A stretch of 32,000 nucleotides of DNA. Origin: Acaryochloris marina S15 (GTDB lineage Bacteria > Cyanobacteriota > Cyanobacteriia > Thermosynechococcales > Thermosynechococcaceae). Numbering within the stretch: position 1 is the first letter of the stretch; every line of letters starts with the position of its first letter. Of this stretch, positions 1 through 9,483 are shown one piece after another. The notes under the pieces are model-generated. The model did no database searches. It was not told the origin of the DNA and saw only the letters and a list, made by a program, of their open reading frames with translations. The DNA is taken from the NCBI RefSeq assembly GCF_018336915.1, contig NZ_CP064923.1, forward strand, positions 3,780,001-3,812,000, in the 5' to 3' direction. Position numbers and translations under genes: made by a program.

Positions 1-534
1 GTGTTTACGGGCCAGCATGGCTTTTTCAAGGAGAACGAGCAACCCTGGCGCTTCTTGTTCAATTGTCAGTAGAAGACGCTCACCTAGAGCGACATCACCC
101 GGATCTACCCCCGTTTCCATTACCTCTCGCAAACGGGGCATTGCCCAGCTATCTACCATTTCCACCAAACCACTAAAACAGCGATCAAACTGTCGCTCAG
201 TCATGATGGCGTCTTCCAATGGAAATTCAATAATGGCCCGAATTTCACCATCAGACGCATCATATTCCCACTGCAACATCTTAGTCTCCCAAGAGATCAC
301 TAACATGGTTTGCAGAATAGCAGCCTTATGAGGGTGGTTTTGGACACCCGTGAGAACCTCAGGCACAAAAAGCTTAAAGAACTCTCCCTCTTCATCGAGC
401 TGAATCACGATCAAAAAATCTTCAACATGTTCAGCTTCGACTTGAGTGATAATCCGTGCCTTATCGGACTGGATCTCGTAAATCAGCCCTTGTTTATCTA
501 AGTACCCAGAAATTTGCTCTAACGTAGCGCCCAT
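1..534 (-). CDS. conserved hypothetical protein, C-terminus cut by window edge (YbjN-like, tentative)
   Basis: Absent from the ORF track because it has no stop inside the window. Reading the minus strand from ATG (complement of 532-534), I checked all 178 triplets down to position 1 and found no stop. Translation starts MGATLEQISGYLDKQGLIYEIQSDKARIITQVEAEHVEDFLIVIQLDEEGEFFKLF. The 17..331 + ORF is its antisense shadow. The family call is from memory only. Confidence 0.55.
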   Translation of the reverse strand, partial: MGATLEQISGYLDKQGLIYEIQSDKARIITQVEAEHVEDFLIVIQLDEEGEFFKLFVPEVLTGVQNHPHKAAILQTMLVISWETKMLQWEYDASDGEIRAIIEFPLEDAIMTERQFDRCFSGLVEMVDSWAMPRLREVMETGVDPGDVALGERLLLTIEQEAPGLLVLLEKAMLARKH

Positions 535-611
535 AAGGGCATCCTCTTCTTAAGTTATGGTGGGTGTCTGTCCCAAGTCTAGTGTGACAGGTTTCTTGAA
601 ATTGGCAAAAC

Positions 612-2921
612 CTATTGATTTTGCGACTCAGGAAGTTGCTGGTGGGCTTGTGCCATTTTTTGTCGATCCAGAGTAAAGACTAAAGTAGCCAAGGGTGGCA
701 AACAGAGATCTAAAGAGTAAGGGCGGTTATGAAAAGCCCATTCATCTGTCCATTTCCCGCCTAGATTCCCCATATTACTCCCTCCGTACTGACGACCATC
801 GCTATTAAATCGCTCGACATAATAGCCTGATTCTGGCACCCCAACTCGGTAATGACTATGGGGTTGAGGCGTCAAGTTACAGACCGTGAGTACAAACTCA
901 TCAGAATCCTTCGCACGACGAACAAAGGAGATGACACTATGGCGAGTGTCATTACAGTCGACCCACTCAAAACCGTCATAGCTGAAGTCGTTGGTGAATA
1001 AGGCAGGCAATTCTTTATAAAGATGGTTCAAGTCCGTCACAAATTTCTTGAGATTTTGATGGGAGTCATACTCCAAGAGTTGCCAGTCCAGATCACCCCA
1101 GACGTTCCACTCACTCCATTGGCCAAACTCCATGCTCATAAACAGAGTCTTTTTGCCAGGATGGGTAAACATAAAGGTGTATAGACATCGCAAGTTGGCG
1201 AACTTCTGCCATTCATCTCCTGGCATTTTGCCCAGCATGTTGCTTTTGCCATGAACAATTTCATCGTGAGACAGGGCCAACATAAAGTTCTCACTAAAGG
1301 CATACATGATGCTGAATGTGACGTTGTTTTGATGAAATTGGCGGAACCAAGGATCCATGTTGAAATAATCCAACATGTCATGCATCCATCCCATATTCCA
1401 TTTGAGGTTAAAGCCTAGACCACCGACATAGGTGGGCCAGGACACCATGGGCCAGGAGGTTGATTCCTCGGCAATTGAGAGAATACCAGGGTAGTAGCTG
1501 AAGAGTACGTCATTCAGGTGGCGGAGGAAATCAGCCGCTTCGATATTTTCGGCTCCCCCATATTCATTGGCCACCCACTCACCATCTTTGCGACAGTAAT
1601 TGAGATAGAGCATCGAGGCGACGGCATCGACACGGATGCCGTCGATATGGTACTTGTCGAACCAAAAGAGGGCATTGGCAATGAGAAAATTCTTGACTTC
1701 CTTGCGGCTGTAATTGAAGACCAGCGTACCCCACTCTTTATGTTCTCCTCTACGGGGATCAGCATGCTCATATAAATGGGTGCCATCAAAAAAGGCTAAA
1801 CCATGGCCGTCTTTGGGGAAATGCCCAGGAACCCAATCAACAATGACTCCAATGCCTTGTTGGTGGCATTGATCGACAAAATGCATAAAGTCTTCGGGTG
1901 TTCCATACCGTGAAGTACAAGCGTAGTAGCCCGTCACTTGATAGCCCCAAGAACCGTCAAAGGGATGCTCGGCAACAGGCAGTAGCTCTATATGGGTAAA
2001 GCCGAGGTCTTTAACATAGGGAATCAATCGATCTGCTAACTCCCGATAAGTTAGGAATCGAGCTCCAGGCTTAAGTTCAGAAACAATAACGGGAGGCAGT
2101 GGATGTCCTTCTTCCGATTGCGAAGGTTCGTCAGAAGAGGCATGCATCCAGGAGCCCAGATGAACTTCGTAAATTGAAATCGGTTGGGCTAAAGCGTCTG
2201 CATTGCGTCGCTGCTCCATCCAAGACCCATCGGACCAGCTGTAGGAGTTGAGATCTGTGACGATAGAAGCCGTTTTTGGCCGAACTTCTTGTTGAAAACC
2301 ATAGGGATCAGATTTCTCGTAAATGTGGCCCTCATGATTTTTGACTTCGTATTTATAATGCTCACCAATGCTCAATTCTGGAATGAACAATTCCCAAATC
2401 CCCGATGGTCCCTTGCGCATCTGATGCTGGCGCCCATCCCATGCATTGAAGTCACCCAAGAGAGAAACATTGCGTGCACTGGGGGCCCAGAGGGCAAAAT
2501 AAACACCTTCAACGTCGTCTACAGTGGTGAGATGCGCGCCTAGCTTTTCATAGATGCGGTGGTGATTTCCTTCAGCAAATAAATGCTGATCGTATTCTGT
2601 GACTCGGGGGGATTTGAAAGCATAGGGATCGTACAAGACTTGCTCATGGCTTCCCGTTTTAACCCGAAGTTGATAATTCAGTGCTCCAGGGATAGGAACT
2701 TCACACTCAAAGAAGTGAGGATCATGAACACTCTGCATGGGATATTCCTGTCTGTGCCCAGGACATACCACGGAAATTGCATCTGCTTTTGGCCAATATA
2801 CCCGTACAACCCACCCTGATTTGCCGTCCTGACTAGGATGGGGACCGAGAATCTCGAAGGGATCGTGATGGTGATTCCAAACAATTCGATTGACTTGATC
2901 GGCAGTAAGAGGGGTGGACAT
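612..2921 (-). CDS. glgB: 1,4-alpha-glucan (glycogen) branching enzyme
   Basis: 769-aa ORF. N-terminus is [23 protein letters not shown]13 catalytic motifs are present ([37 protein letters not shown]-like [11 protein letters not shown]). Length and sequence are typical of cyanobacterial GlgB. Confidence 0.97.
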   Translation of the reverse strand: MSTPLTADQVNRIVWNHHHDPFEILGPHPSQDGKSGWVVRVYWPKADAISVVCPGHRQEYPMQSVHDPHFFECEVPIPGALNYQLRVKTGSHEQVLYDPYAFKSPRVTEYDQHLFAEGNHHRIYEKLGAHLTTVDDVEGVYFALWAPSARNVSLLGDFNAWDGRQHQMRKGPSGIWELFIPELSIGEHYKYEVKNHEGHIYEKSDPYGFQQEVRPKTASIVTDLNSYSWSDGSWMEQRRNADALAQPISIYEVHLGSWMHASSDEPSQSEEGHPLPPVIVSELKPGARFLTYRELADRLIPYVKDLGFTHIELLPVAEHPFDGSWGYQVTGYYACTSRYGTPEDFMHFVDQCHQQGIGVIVDWVPGHFPKDGHGLAFFDGTHLYEHADPRRGEHKEWGTLVFNYSRKEVKNFLIANALFWFDKYHIDGIRVDAVASMLYLNYCRKDGEWVANEYGGAENIEAADFLRHLNDVLFSYYPGILSIAEESTSWPMVSWPTYVGGLGFNLKWNMGWMHDMLDYFNMDPWFRQFHQNNVTFSIMYAFSENFMLALSHDEIVHGKSNMLGKMPGDEWQKFANLRCLYTFMFTHPGKKTLFMSMEFGQWSEWNVWGDLDWQLLEYDSHQNLKKFVTDLNHLYKELPALFTNDFSYDGFEWVDCNDTRHSVISFVRRAKDSDEFVLTVCNLTPQPHSHYRVGVPESGYYVERFNSDGRQYGGSNMGNLGGKWTDEWAFHNRPYSLDLCLPPLATLVFTLDRQKMAQAHQQLPESQNQ

Positions 2922-2980
2922 GAAATTACCTAACTGGGGATAAGAGGGCTAAGAGTTATGGCATCGGGCAAGTGCCGATT

Positions 2981-3727
2981 TTACCTTTTTTGAAGCAGAA
3001 TCCGATCAACGAATTTTAGAATGAGTCGATTTGACTCTGGCGTGGGGTGGAGGTTATTAAGGATGGCTTGTAAAGCTCCATCCGTCTCCAGATACCGATC
3101 TTGATAACGGGTAATGCGGGCAGCTAAATCATGGTGGTCCACCTCTGGATGAAACTGAAAGCCATAGAACGGTTTATCCATTACTTTAAAGGCATGGTAG
3201 GGACAACGCTCTGTAAATGCCAGTAATTGGGTGTGGGGCGGCAGTTTGAATGCCCGCTCTTTATGGCCAGAAACGACTAAAAATTGATCGGGAGTATCTG
3301 AGAACAACCGATCTTCGCTTGCAACTGACGTCAACTGCATTGGATAAATCCCCATTTCCATGTTTTTGGGATCATGGATGACTTTCCCGCCTAAGGCCTC
3401 AACCCCTAACTGGAAACCGAAGCAGGAGGCAAACACAGGAATAGCTTGATCGACACAATGCTTGAGTAATTGCTTGGCAGATTGCACGAATGGATACTGA
3501 TCGGGCTTGAGGACTGAAGCGTCGCTTGATCCGCCGACGAAGACAGCATCATAAGTATCTGCATAGTCAGGGGCAAAATTGGGTTGATCAAACACGTTAA
3601 GGACGGCGAACTGTTTTTCATCTAGCTGACCATGACGTGCAAACTCCTGTAGCTCTTCCCTTCGTGTCACTTGATCGTCACGAATTTGCAGATAGAGGAT
3701 ATGGAGTTTTGCTCGATCTATAGTCAT
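2981..3727 (-). CDS. class I (type 1) glutamine amidotransferase-like protein
   Basis: 248-aa ORF with the nucleophile-elbow motif ASCFGFQ and a downstream FQFHPE histidine motif, typical of GATase1 domains. The specific substrate is not inferable. Confidence 0.8.
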   Translation of the reverse strand: MTIDRAKLHILYLQIRDDQVTRREELQEFARHGQLDEKQFAVLNVFDQPNFAPDYADTYDAVFVGGSSDASVLKPDQYPFVQSAKQLLKHCVDQAIPVFASCFGFQLGVEALGGKVIHDPKNMEMGIYPMQLTSVASEDRLFSDTPDQFLVVSGHKERAFKLPPHTQLLAFTERCPYHAFKVMDKPFYGFQFHPEVDHHDLAARITRYQDRYLETDGALQAILNNLHPTPESNRLILKFVDRILLQKR

Positions 3728-3938
3728 AAAAAGCCGTTATAGATAATTCTTAAGAAGAAAATACAGTGGCATCCGCCCAATTGATATGGCTAAAGTCACC
3801 ACTAGCCTTTAGCAATCGTGAGCAAGACAGAGCTGTTGTAAGCACAACGCAGTCCTAAATTCCATTCATAACTTAATGCTCCTTCATAATCTCATTTGAT
3901 GCTAAAGTATTTCTTAATAATTAGATAGAATTGGCGTT

Positions 3939-4838
3939 ATGACCCTTTCTCAAACTGCGGTCTCGCGTCCCCAGATCTTTATCTGTACACTACTGAGTTC
4001 AGTATCTTTAGTTGACCTTTTGAGCCAGATTTTGGAGGGCGAACGTTATAGTTTGGTTCATGCTACCTATGACAATTTCTTGGAGATAGTTGAACAAGGC
4101 AAACATCGTATTGATTGCCTCATTGTCGAAGAGAATGCCGCACTCCCTAAAATTGTGAGTCATTTGCACCGTGAAGCGATTTTGTTGCCTGCTGTGCTGC
4201 TACAGGTTGAGGCATCGGTAGCCAATATTCCTCAATCAAATTCACTGGATAGTGCTCAGCAACAAGATAGTTGTTACCACATTGCTGAAGTGAGGGTGGA
4301 GTATGCCCCAGAAGATGTTGTGTCCAGTATCGATCGTGCGATCGCACAATTCCTACAGCTCTCTAAAGCATGTCGTTTACCCACTGCAGCGAAAAAACAA
4401 CATGCAAGTGCAGTCATCCAGAACAGTCTAGCGACTCAGCAGCAACGCCTGTCCCAAAAGCTAAAAGAACGTCTGGGTTATATTGGCGTTTTCTACAAAC
4501 GAAATCCTCAGCAGTTCTTCCACCAACTTACTGAAGAAGAGCAAGCGGACTACTTAGCGACGTTTAAGCGGGATTATCGAGATATCATTCTCAACTATTT
4601 TCGGCAGGATAGTAATGTTAACCAAGAAATTGATGACTTCGTGACTCAAATCTTCTTTGTTGATATCTCAATCTTAAAAATATTAGAAATTCATATGGAG
4701 TTAATGGATGCTTTTGCTAAAAAACTAAAGCTAGAAGGCCGCAATGAAGATATTCTGCTGGACTATCGCTTAACCTTAATTGATATCATGGCCCATTTAT
4801 GTGAGATGTATCGTCGCTCCATCCCTAAAACCCGTTAG
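3939..4838 (+). CDS. kaiA: circadian clock protein KaiA (full-length, with N-terminal pseudo-receiver domain)
   Basis: 299-aa ORF directly upstream of kaiB/kaiC. The C-terminal KaiC-binding domain sequence ...LDYRLTLIDIMAHLCEMYRRSIP matches KaiA. Confidence 0.95.
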   Translation: MTLSQTAVSRPQIFICTLLSSVSLVDLLSQILEGERYSLVHATYDNFLEIVEQGKHRIDCLIVEENAALPKIVSHLHREAILLPAVLLQVEASVANIPQSNSLDSAQQQDSCYHIAEVRVEYAPEDVVSSIDRAIAQFLQLSKACRLPTAAKKQHASAVIQNSLATQQQRLSQKLKERLGYIGVFYKRNPQQFFHQLTEEEQADYLATFKRDYRDIILNYFRQDSNVNQEIDDFVTQIFFVDISILKILEIHMELMDAFAKKLKLEGRNEDILLDYRLTLIDIMAHLCEMYRRSIPKTR

Positions 4839-4871
4839 TTATTCAAGACAGATCAACCGTAATCCCCTGCC

Positions 4872-5186
4872 ATGAGCCCTATTAGAAAGACCTATGTTCT
4901 TAAACTCTATGTTGCTGGCAATACACCCAACTCTGTCAGAGCTTTAAGAACACTAAATCATATTCTTGAAACTGAATTTCAAGGCGTTTATGCCTTGAAA
5001 GTAATTGACGTATTAAAAAACCCACAACTTGCCGAAGAAGATAAGATTTTAGCCACACCTACCTTAGCAAAAGTCTTGCCCCCTCCAGTTCGCAAAATTA
5101 TCGGCGACCTTTCGGATCGTGAGCGAGTCTTGATTGGTTTAGACCTGCTCTATGAAGAACTTTCCGATGGCATTATGGAGTACTAA
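4872..5186 (+). CDS. kaiB: circadian clock protein KaiB
   Basis: 104-aa ORF reading [60 protein letters not shown], the canonical KaiB sequence. It starts 33 nt after the kaiA stop. Confidence 0.97.
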   Translation: MSPIRKTYVLKLYVAGNTPNSVRALRTLNHILETEFQGVYALKVIDVLKNPQLAEEDKILATPTLAKVLPPPVRKIIGDLSDRERVLIGLDLLYEELSDGIMEY

Positions 5187-5270
5187 TCCCACATAATACT
5201 GAAGTGACTTTGTATCATTCTGCTTTTATTCGACTTTTAAAATTTTTATTTATTACGGTTTAAATGACCA

Positions 5271-6839
5271 ATGAAAAAAAGCAACTCATCCCAGCATAAA
5301 AATAATCATAAAAAGAAAGTCGAAGTAAAAAAGATCCTGACTCGTATCGAAGGCTTTGACGATATTAGTCATGGTGGCATACCGGTGGGGCGAACCACCT
5401 TGGTCAGTGGCACCTCTGGAACTGGGAAAACAATGTTCGCGATTCAGTTCCTCTATCACGGCATTGTTTACTTTGAGGATCCGGCTGTCTTTGTCACCTT
5501 TGAAGAATCTCCAAAAGACATTATTCAAAATGCATTGAGTTTTGGGTGGGATCTTCAACAATTAATGGATGATGGAAAATTATTCATTTTGGATGCTTCT
5601 CCTGATCCAGAAGGACAAGATATAGCGGGAGAATTTGACTTATCCGCATTAATTGAGCGCATTCAGTATGCGATTAGCAAGTATCAGGCCAAAAGAGTTG
5701 GTGTTGACTCCGTTACTGCTATTTTTCAGCAATATGATGCCGCGAACGTCGTGCGGCGAGAAATCTTTCGATTAACCGCTCGCCTCAAGCACATTGGGGT
5801 GACGACCGTCATGACCACGGAGCGTGTTGATGAATATGGTCCTGTGGCTCGGTACGGCGTTGAAGAATTTGTGTCTGACAATGTGGTCATTGTTCGCAAT
5901 GTCTTAGAGGGGGAGCGCCGCCGCCGCACCTTAGAAATTCTGAAATTACGAGGCACCAGCCATATGAAAGGAGAGTATCCTTTCACGATTACGGCTGATG
6001 GCATTAATATCTTCCCGCTAGGAGCAATGCGCCTTACTCAGCGATCGTCTAATACCCGCGTCTCTTCTGGGGTAGAAACTTTGGATGAGATGTGTGGGGG
6101 TGGGTACTTTAGGGATTCGATTATTCTCGTGACGGGTGCAACGGGAACTGGAAAGACCCTACTCGTTAGTAAGTTTTTAGAAAACGCTTGTAAGAATGGT
6201 GATCGGGCCATCTTATTTGCCTATGAAGAATCCCGGGCTCAGCTCTCCCGAAACGCTTACTCCTGGGGGATTGACTTTGAAGAGATGGAACAGAAAGGGT
6301 TGCTAAAAATTCTTTGTGCTTACCCAGAATCAGCGGGATTAGAAGATCATCTGCAACAAATTAAGTCTGAAATTGCAGACTTTAAACCCTCACGTATTTC
6401 CATTGATTCCCTATCTGCTTTGGCACGGGGAGTGAGCAATAATGCTTTCCGTCAGTTTGTCATTGGAGTGACTGGGTTCGCTAAGCAAGAAGAAATTACG
6501 GGGTTCTTCACCAATACCACCGATCATTTTCTCGGATCAAATTCCATTACTGAATCTCATATCTCTACGATTACAGATACGATTCTGATGCTGCAGTATG
6601 TGGAGATACGGGGAGAAATGTCCCGTGCCATCAATGTCTTCAAGATGAGAGGATCTTGGCATGACAAAGGGATTCGCGAGTATTCAATTAGTCATCAGGG
6701 ACCGGAAATTAAAAAAGCCTTCCACGATTTTGAAGGCATCATCAGTGGTACGCCTACCCGCGTTTCTTTAGATGAAACACGCAACTTATCTCGGATTATG
6801 CAAGATGTTAAAAGCTTAAGTGAAGATGATGTGCTATAG
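5271..6839 (+). CDS. kaiC: circadian clock ATPase/autokinase KaiC
   Basis: 522-aa ORF with duplicated RecA-like halves and two Walker A motifs (GTSGTGKT and GATGTGKT). The EGFDDISHGG motif and the phosphosite context SHISTITDT are present. Near-collinear with S. elongatus KaiC as I recall it. Confidence 0.98.
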   Translation: MKKSNSSQHKNNHKKKVEVKKILTRIEGFDDISHGGIPVGRTTLVSGTSGTGKTMFAIQFLYHGIVYFEDPAVFVTFEESPKDIIQNALSFGWDLQQLMDDGKLFILDASPDPEGQDIAGEFDLSALIERIQYAISKYQAKRVGVDSVTAIFQQYDAANVVRREIFRLTARLKHIGVTTVMTTERVDEYGPVARYGVEEFVSDNVVIVRNVLEGERRRRTLEILKLRGTSHMKGEYPFTITADGINIFPLGAMRLTQRSSNTRVSSGVETLDEMCGGGYFRDSIILVTGATGTGKTLLVSKFLENACKNGDRAILFAYEESRAQLSRNAYSWGIDFEEMEQKGLLKILCAYPESAGLEDHLQQIKSEIADFKPSRISIDSLSALARGVSNNAFRQFVIGVTGFAKQEEITGFFTNTTDHFLGSNSITESHISTITDTILMLQYVEIRGEMSRAINVFKMRGSWHDKGIREYSISHQGPEIKKAFHDFEGIISGTPTRVSLDETRNLSRIMQDVKSLSEDDVL

Positions 6840-8048
6840 GCAGGGGTTAGCAGGGAAGTCTGGTAGTCCTAATTCGGCAACGCCCTGTTGTAGTTGTTCT
6901 GCAGCGATACTATTGTCATGCTTTCGATGCAGAGCAATGGCTTGACTAAAGGCGTGTTGGCAGGCCTGAAGCTGTCCTTGCTTGAATAAGGCGACCCCTA
7001 GATTCTGGTAAGCCTCTGCATAGTCAGGCTGTGCTTGGATAGCTTGTTGGTAGGCTGCAATTGCCCCCGCCAAATCTCCCATCGCTCTTAGGGTTAACCC
7101 TAAGTTGTAATAGCCCACCGCCCATTCAGGCTGGAGAGTGATGACCTGTTGATATTGGTGGCTAGCCCGCTCGTATTGGCCACAGGCTTGGAGCAAGTTT
7201 GCCCAATTATTGTAAGCCCCGAGCTTTAATAGCTCAGGTAAGTTCTGCTGTACCGCCTGCTGATAGTGCTGAAGGGCCAGGGTGACCTGCCGGCATCGAG
7301 CGTAGGTGTGGCCCAGATGGTAATGCAGTTCATAGAGAATGGAGGGTTCAGGTGGATGTAGGTTCAGTCCTTTTTGCAGCAGCTCTATCCCCTGTTCAAC
7401 TTGACCCATATCGACATACAAAGCCCCCAGTTTGCTGCATAGATAAGCATCTTTCGGATCTTGGGTGAGGGCGGCGGCCATGATTTGGCAGGCGCGTTGA
7501 TGTTTGTTACGGGTTGCGATCGCATCTGCCTGATAGCCAAAATGCTCAATGGCAACGTCTGGTAAATGGCCCACCTGCCAATGGGGTTCTTGTTCCTGTA
7601 GGGCCAGTACTCGATCATCAATCAGTTCATGATAGGGGCGCTGAAAACGGATTTGTGGATGATGACGAAATAGACGAGAAAGCAAGGAATAAGGGGACTG
7701 CTGAGCCCCCACTTCATGACGTATTAACGTCACCGCCAAGAGGTCTTTCTGCTTCAGGCTGGCCTGAAGTTGGGGAATAATATCCTCGACCAAAACTTCA
7801 TCGGCATCTAGAACCAGGACCCAATCTGACTGAACATATTGCAACCCGTAGTTGCGAGCAGCGGCAAAGTCATTCCCCCAGTCATAGTTGTAAACTTTGG
7901 CCCCAAAAGATTGGGCAATCGAGATAGTGTCATCGGTGGAGCCGGTATCCACGATGATCATCTCATCTACCCAACTCTCCACACTTTTAAGGCAGCGAGA
8001 TAGGCTCGCTGCCTCATTTTTGACAATCATGCACAAACTCAGTGTCAT
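6834..8048 (-). CDS. family 2 glycosyltransferase with C-terminal TPR repeats
   Basis: 404-aa ORF. The N-terminus LSLCMIVKNEAASLSRCLKSV...IIVDTGSTDDT...VLVLDADE is a GT2 signature. The C-terminal half has repeated A..Y..A....P....A..NLG TPR-like units. Its stop overlaps the kaiC stop. Confidence 0.85.
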   Translation of the reverse strand: MTLSLCMIVKNEAASLSRCLKSVESWVDEMIIVDTGSTDDTISIAQSFGAKVYNYDWGNDFAAARNYGLQYVQSDWVLVLDADEVLVEDIIPQLQASLKQKDLLAVTLIRHEVGAQQSPYSLLSRLFRHHPQIRFQRPYHELIDDRVLALQEQEPHWQVGHLPDVAIEHFGYQADAIATRNKHQRACQIMAAALTQDPKDAYLCSKLGALYVDMGQVEQGIELLQKGLNLHPPEPSILYELHYHLGHTYARCRQVTLALQHYQQAVQQNLPELLKLGAYNNWANLLQACGQYERASHQYQQVITLQPEWAVGYYNLGLTLRAMGDLAGAIAAYQQAIQAQPDYAEAYQNLGVALFKQGQLQACQHAFSQAIALHRKHDNSIAAEQLQQGVAELGLPDFPANPCL

Positions 8049-8083
8049 GATTCAGCAGAATCAGTCATTAGAACAACTTGAAA

Positions 8084-8476
8084 TTAGAAAATGCTGGTGA
8101 TTTCCAATGCTTCTGATCCACCTTCTTCAATGGCTTTCATCACTTGAATCATTTGTGACCATAATAGAACCGCACTAAAGGTCACCACACAAAATGCTGT
8201 GGTGAAACCCTGAGCCCAGGACACTGCAAATATAGTTAAGGCAGACCCTAAAAAGACCCAACTACAGAGGCAAACACCTGCCGCTGGAATCAGCAATCGA
8301 AGTTCTGCAACATCGCTTAAAGGTTTGTTCGTTTTTCTTTTTACCCATTCTTCAGCTTTCTGCTTTAAGGACACTTCAAAGGCTTTTCCACAGGCTAGAC
8401 CGAGTAGTGCCGCAATCAGGACGAGAAAGTAAGGGGGGGCAGGAATGTTATAAGTTGCGGGCAGGGTATACTCCAT
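8084..8476 (-). CDS. hypothetical small membrane protein (about 3 predicted TM helices)
   Basis: 130-aa ORF with hydrophobic stretches (YFLVLIAALLGLACG, LLIPAAGVCLCSWVFLGSALTIFAV, FTTAFCVVTFSAVLLW). I recognise no family. Confidence 0.5.
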   Translation of the reverse strand: MEYTLPATYNIPAPPYFLVLIAALLGLACGKAFEVSLKQKAEEWVKRKTNKPLSDVAELRLLIPAAGVCLCSWVFLGSALTIFAVSWAQGFTTAFCVVTFSAVLLWSQMIQVMKAIEEGGSEALEITSIF

Positions 8477-8700
8477 CAGTTCCTCAATATTTTGTAATCA
8501 AGCTAAGTAAAATTGTAAATCGATAGTGGAGCCCCCTGCATATCCTTTTCTAGATATTGTGGAAGTTTTTATCCCCAGCTCCTGTTATGCCATCGGTACA
8601 AAATCTTAGCTGTAGGGATTTGGCCAAACCCATGAATCCATTTAGGTGTTGAATGCTCACCTCAACAAAGCAATCTTATAGATAGAGGGGCAACAGGGAA

Positions 8701-9351
8701 TTATGCCGAGTCGTTGACGATTAAATCAACCAGTCCAGCGATCATCCGTTCTCGCTCGAAGGGCACCACTTCTTTGGCATACAATAGCTCCTGAAAAATC
8801 ACGTAATGAACCAGGCTACCGATAAAGATGCGGGCTGTTGCTTCGGGGTCCTTGAGGTTGAGACCCGATTGTGTGCTTAGATACTCTTTCAAAATTGATA
8901 GAAAACGGCGAGGTGTATGGTGACTGAAGGCTCGTGCTAACTCAGGAAAGCGGCCTGATTCGCCAATAATCAACCGCATAAAGGCTTGGAAAGGCTTATC
9001 TTCAATGATGTTTTCCAGCATGGTGCTGGCGAGATGATGGAGGACCTGCTGAGGAGGGCCTTGCAATCGTGGCCCCTCGGGTGAACCATAAACGGCTTGA
9101 AATTTATTCTCTTGCAACTGCTGAACCAAGGCTATAAACAGCCCTTCTTTATCTTGAAAATGACTATAGACCGTCGCTTTAGAAACTTTTGCTGCCGCAG
9201 CCACCCGATCCATCGTTGTCGCAGCATAGCCATGAGCCAGAAACTCCTGCATGGCACCTGACAAGATGGCGCTGCGTTTCGTCGCAGAGAGCTGACGTTC
9301 AGAGGCGGGAGTTTTGGTATCCATGGTGGGCAAAGGACGATATAACGCCAA
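8701..9351 (-). CDS. TetR/AcrR family transcriptional regulator
   Basis: 216-aa ORF. The N-terminal HTH region TKRSAILSGAMQEFLAHGYAATTMDRVAAAAKVSKATVYSHFQDKEGLF is a textbook TetR_N domain. It is divergent from the exporter operon. An alternative start at Met10 (9324) is possible. Confidence 0.9.
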   Translation of the reverse strand: MALYRPLPTMDTKTPASERQLSATKRSAILSGAMQEFLAHGYAATTMDRVAAAAKVSKATVYSHFQDKEGLFIALVQQLQENKFQAVYGSPEGPRLQGPPQQVLHHLASTMLENIIEDKPFQAFMRLIIGESGRFPELARAFSHHTPRRFLSILKEYLSTQSGLNLKDPEATARIFIGSLVHYVIFQELLYAKEVVPFERERMIAGLVDLIVNDSA

Positions 9352-9412
9352 TTCAGTAATGACAACCGATTGTTTCCCTATCCTAGGGCACAGTGGGGAC
9401 TGGCTTGACAGA

Positions 9413-9432
9413 ACTAAACTAATCAGTTTAGT
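9413..9432. promoter_or_regulatory. palindromic operator candidate 1 (ACTAAACT-aatc-AGTTTAGT) in the tetR/devB divergent region
   Basis: Perfect 8-bp inverted arms with a 4-bp spacer, read directly. A TTGACA hexamer lies just upstream at 9405-9410. A near-identical second copy lies 34 bp downstream. Confidence 0.55.
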
Positions 9433-9446
9433 CTAATAGTATCAGA

Positions 9447-9466
9447 TCTAAACTAAACAGTTTAGT
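9447..9466. promoter_or_regulatory. palindromic operator candidate 2 (tCTAAACT-aaac-AGTTTAGT)
   Basis: The 19-nt core CTAAACTAAaCAGTTTAGT differs from site 1 (CTAAACTAAtCAGTTTAGT) at one central base. It ends 18 nt before the devB-like ATG. Confidence 0.55.
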
Positions 9467-9483
9467 TATATATTTGGCGACAA

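Noticed and set aside
17-331. 104-aa ORF on the + strand at the left edge
   Set aside because: It lies entirely antisense to a longer stop-free minus-strand frame (1-534) that has a sensible start and protein-like sequence. Its own product is Ser/Arg-rich low-complexity sequence.
3789-3813. Dyad GCTAAAG-N11-CTTTAGC upstream of kaiA as a clock-promoter element
   Set aside because: It is a short 7-bp stem in an AT-rich divergent promoter region. The only support is a second GCTAAAGT at about 3901, which is too weak to call.
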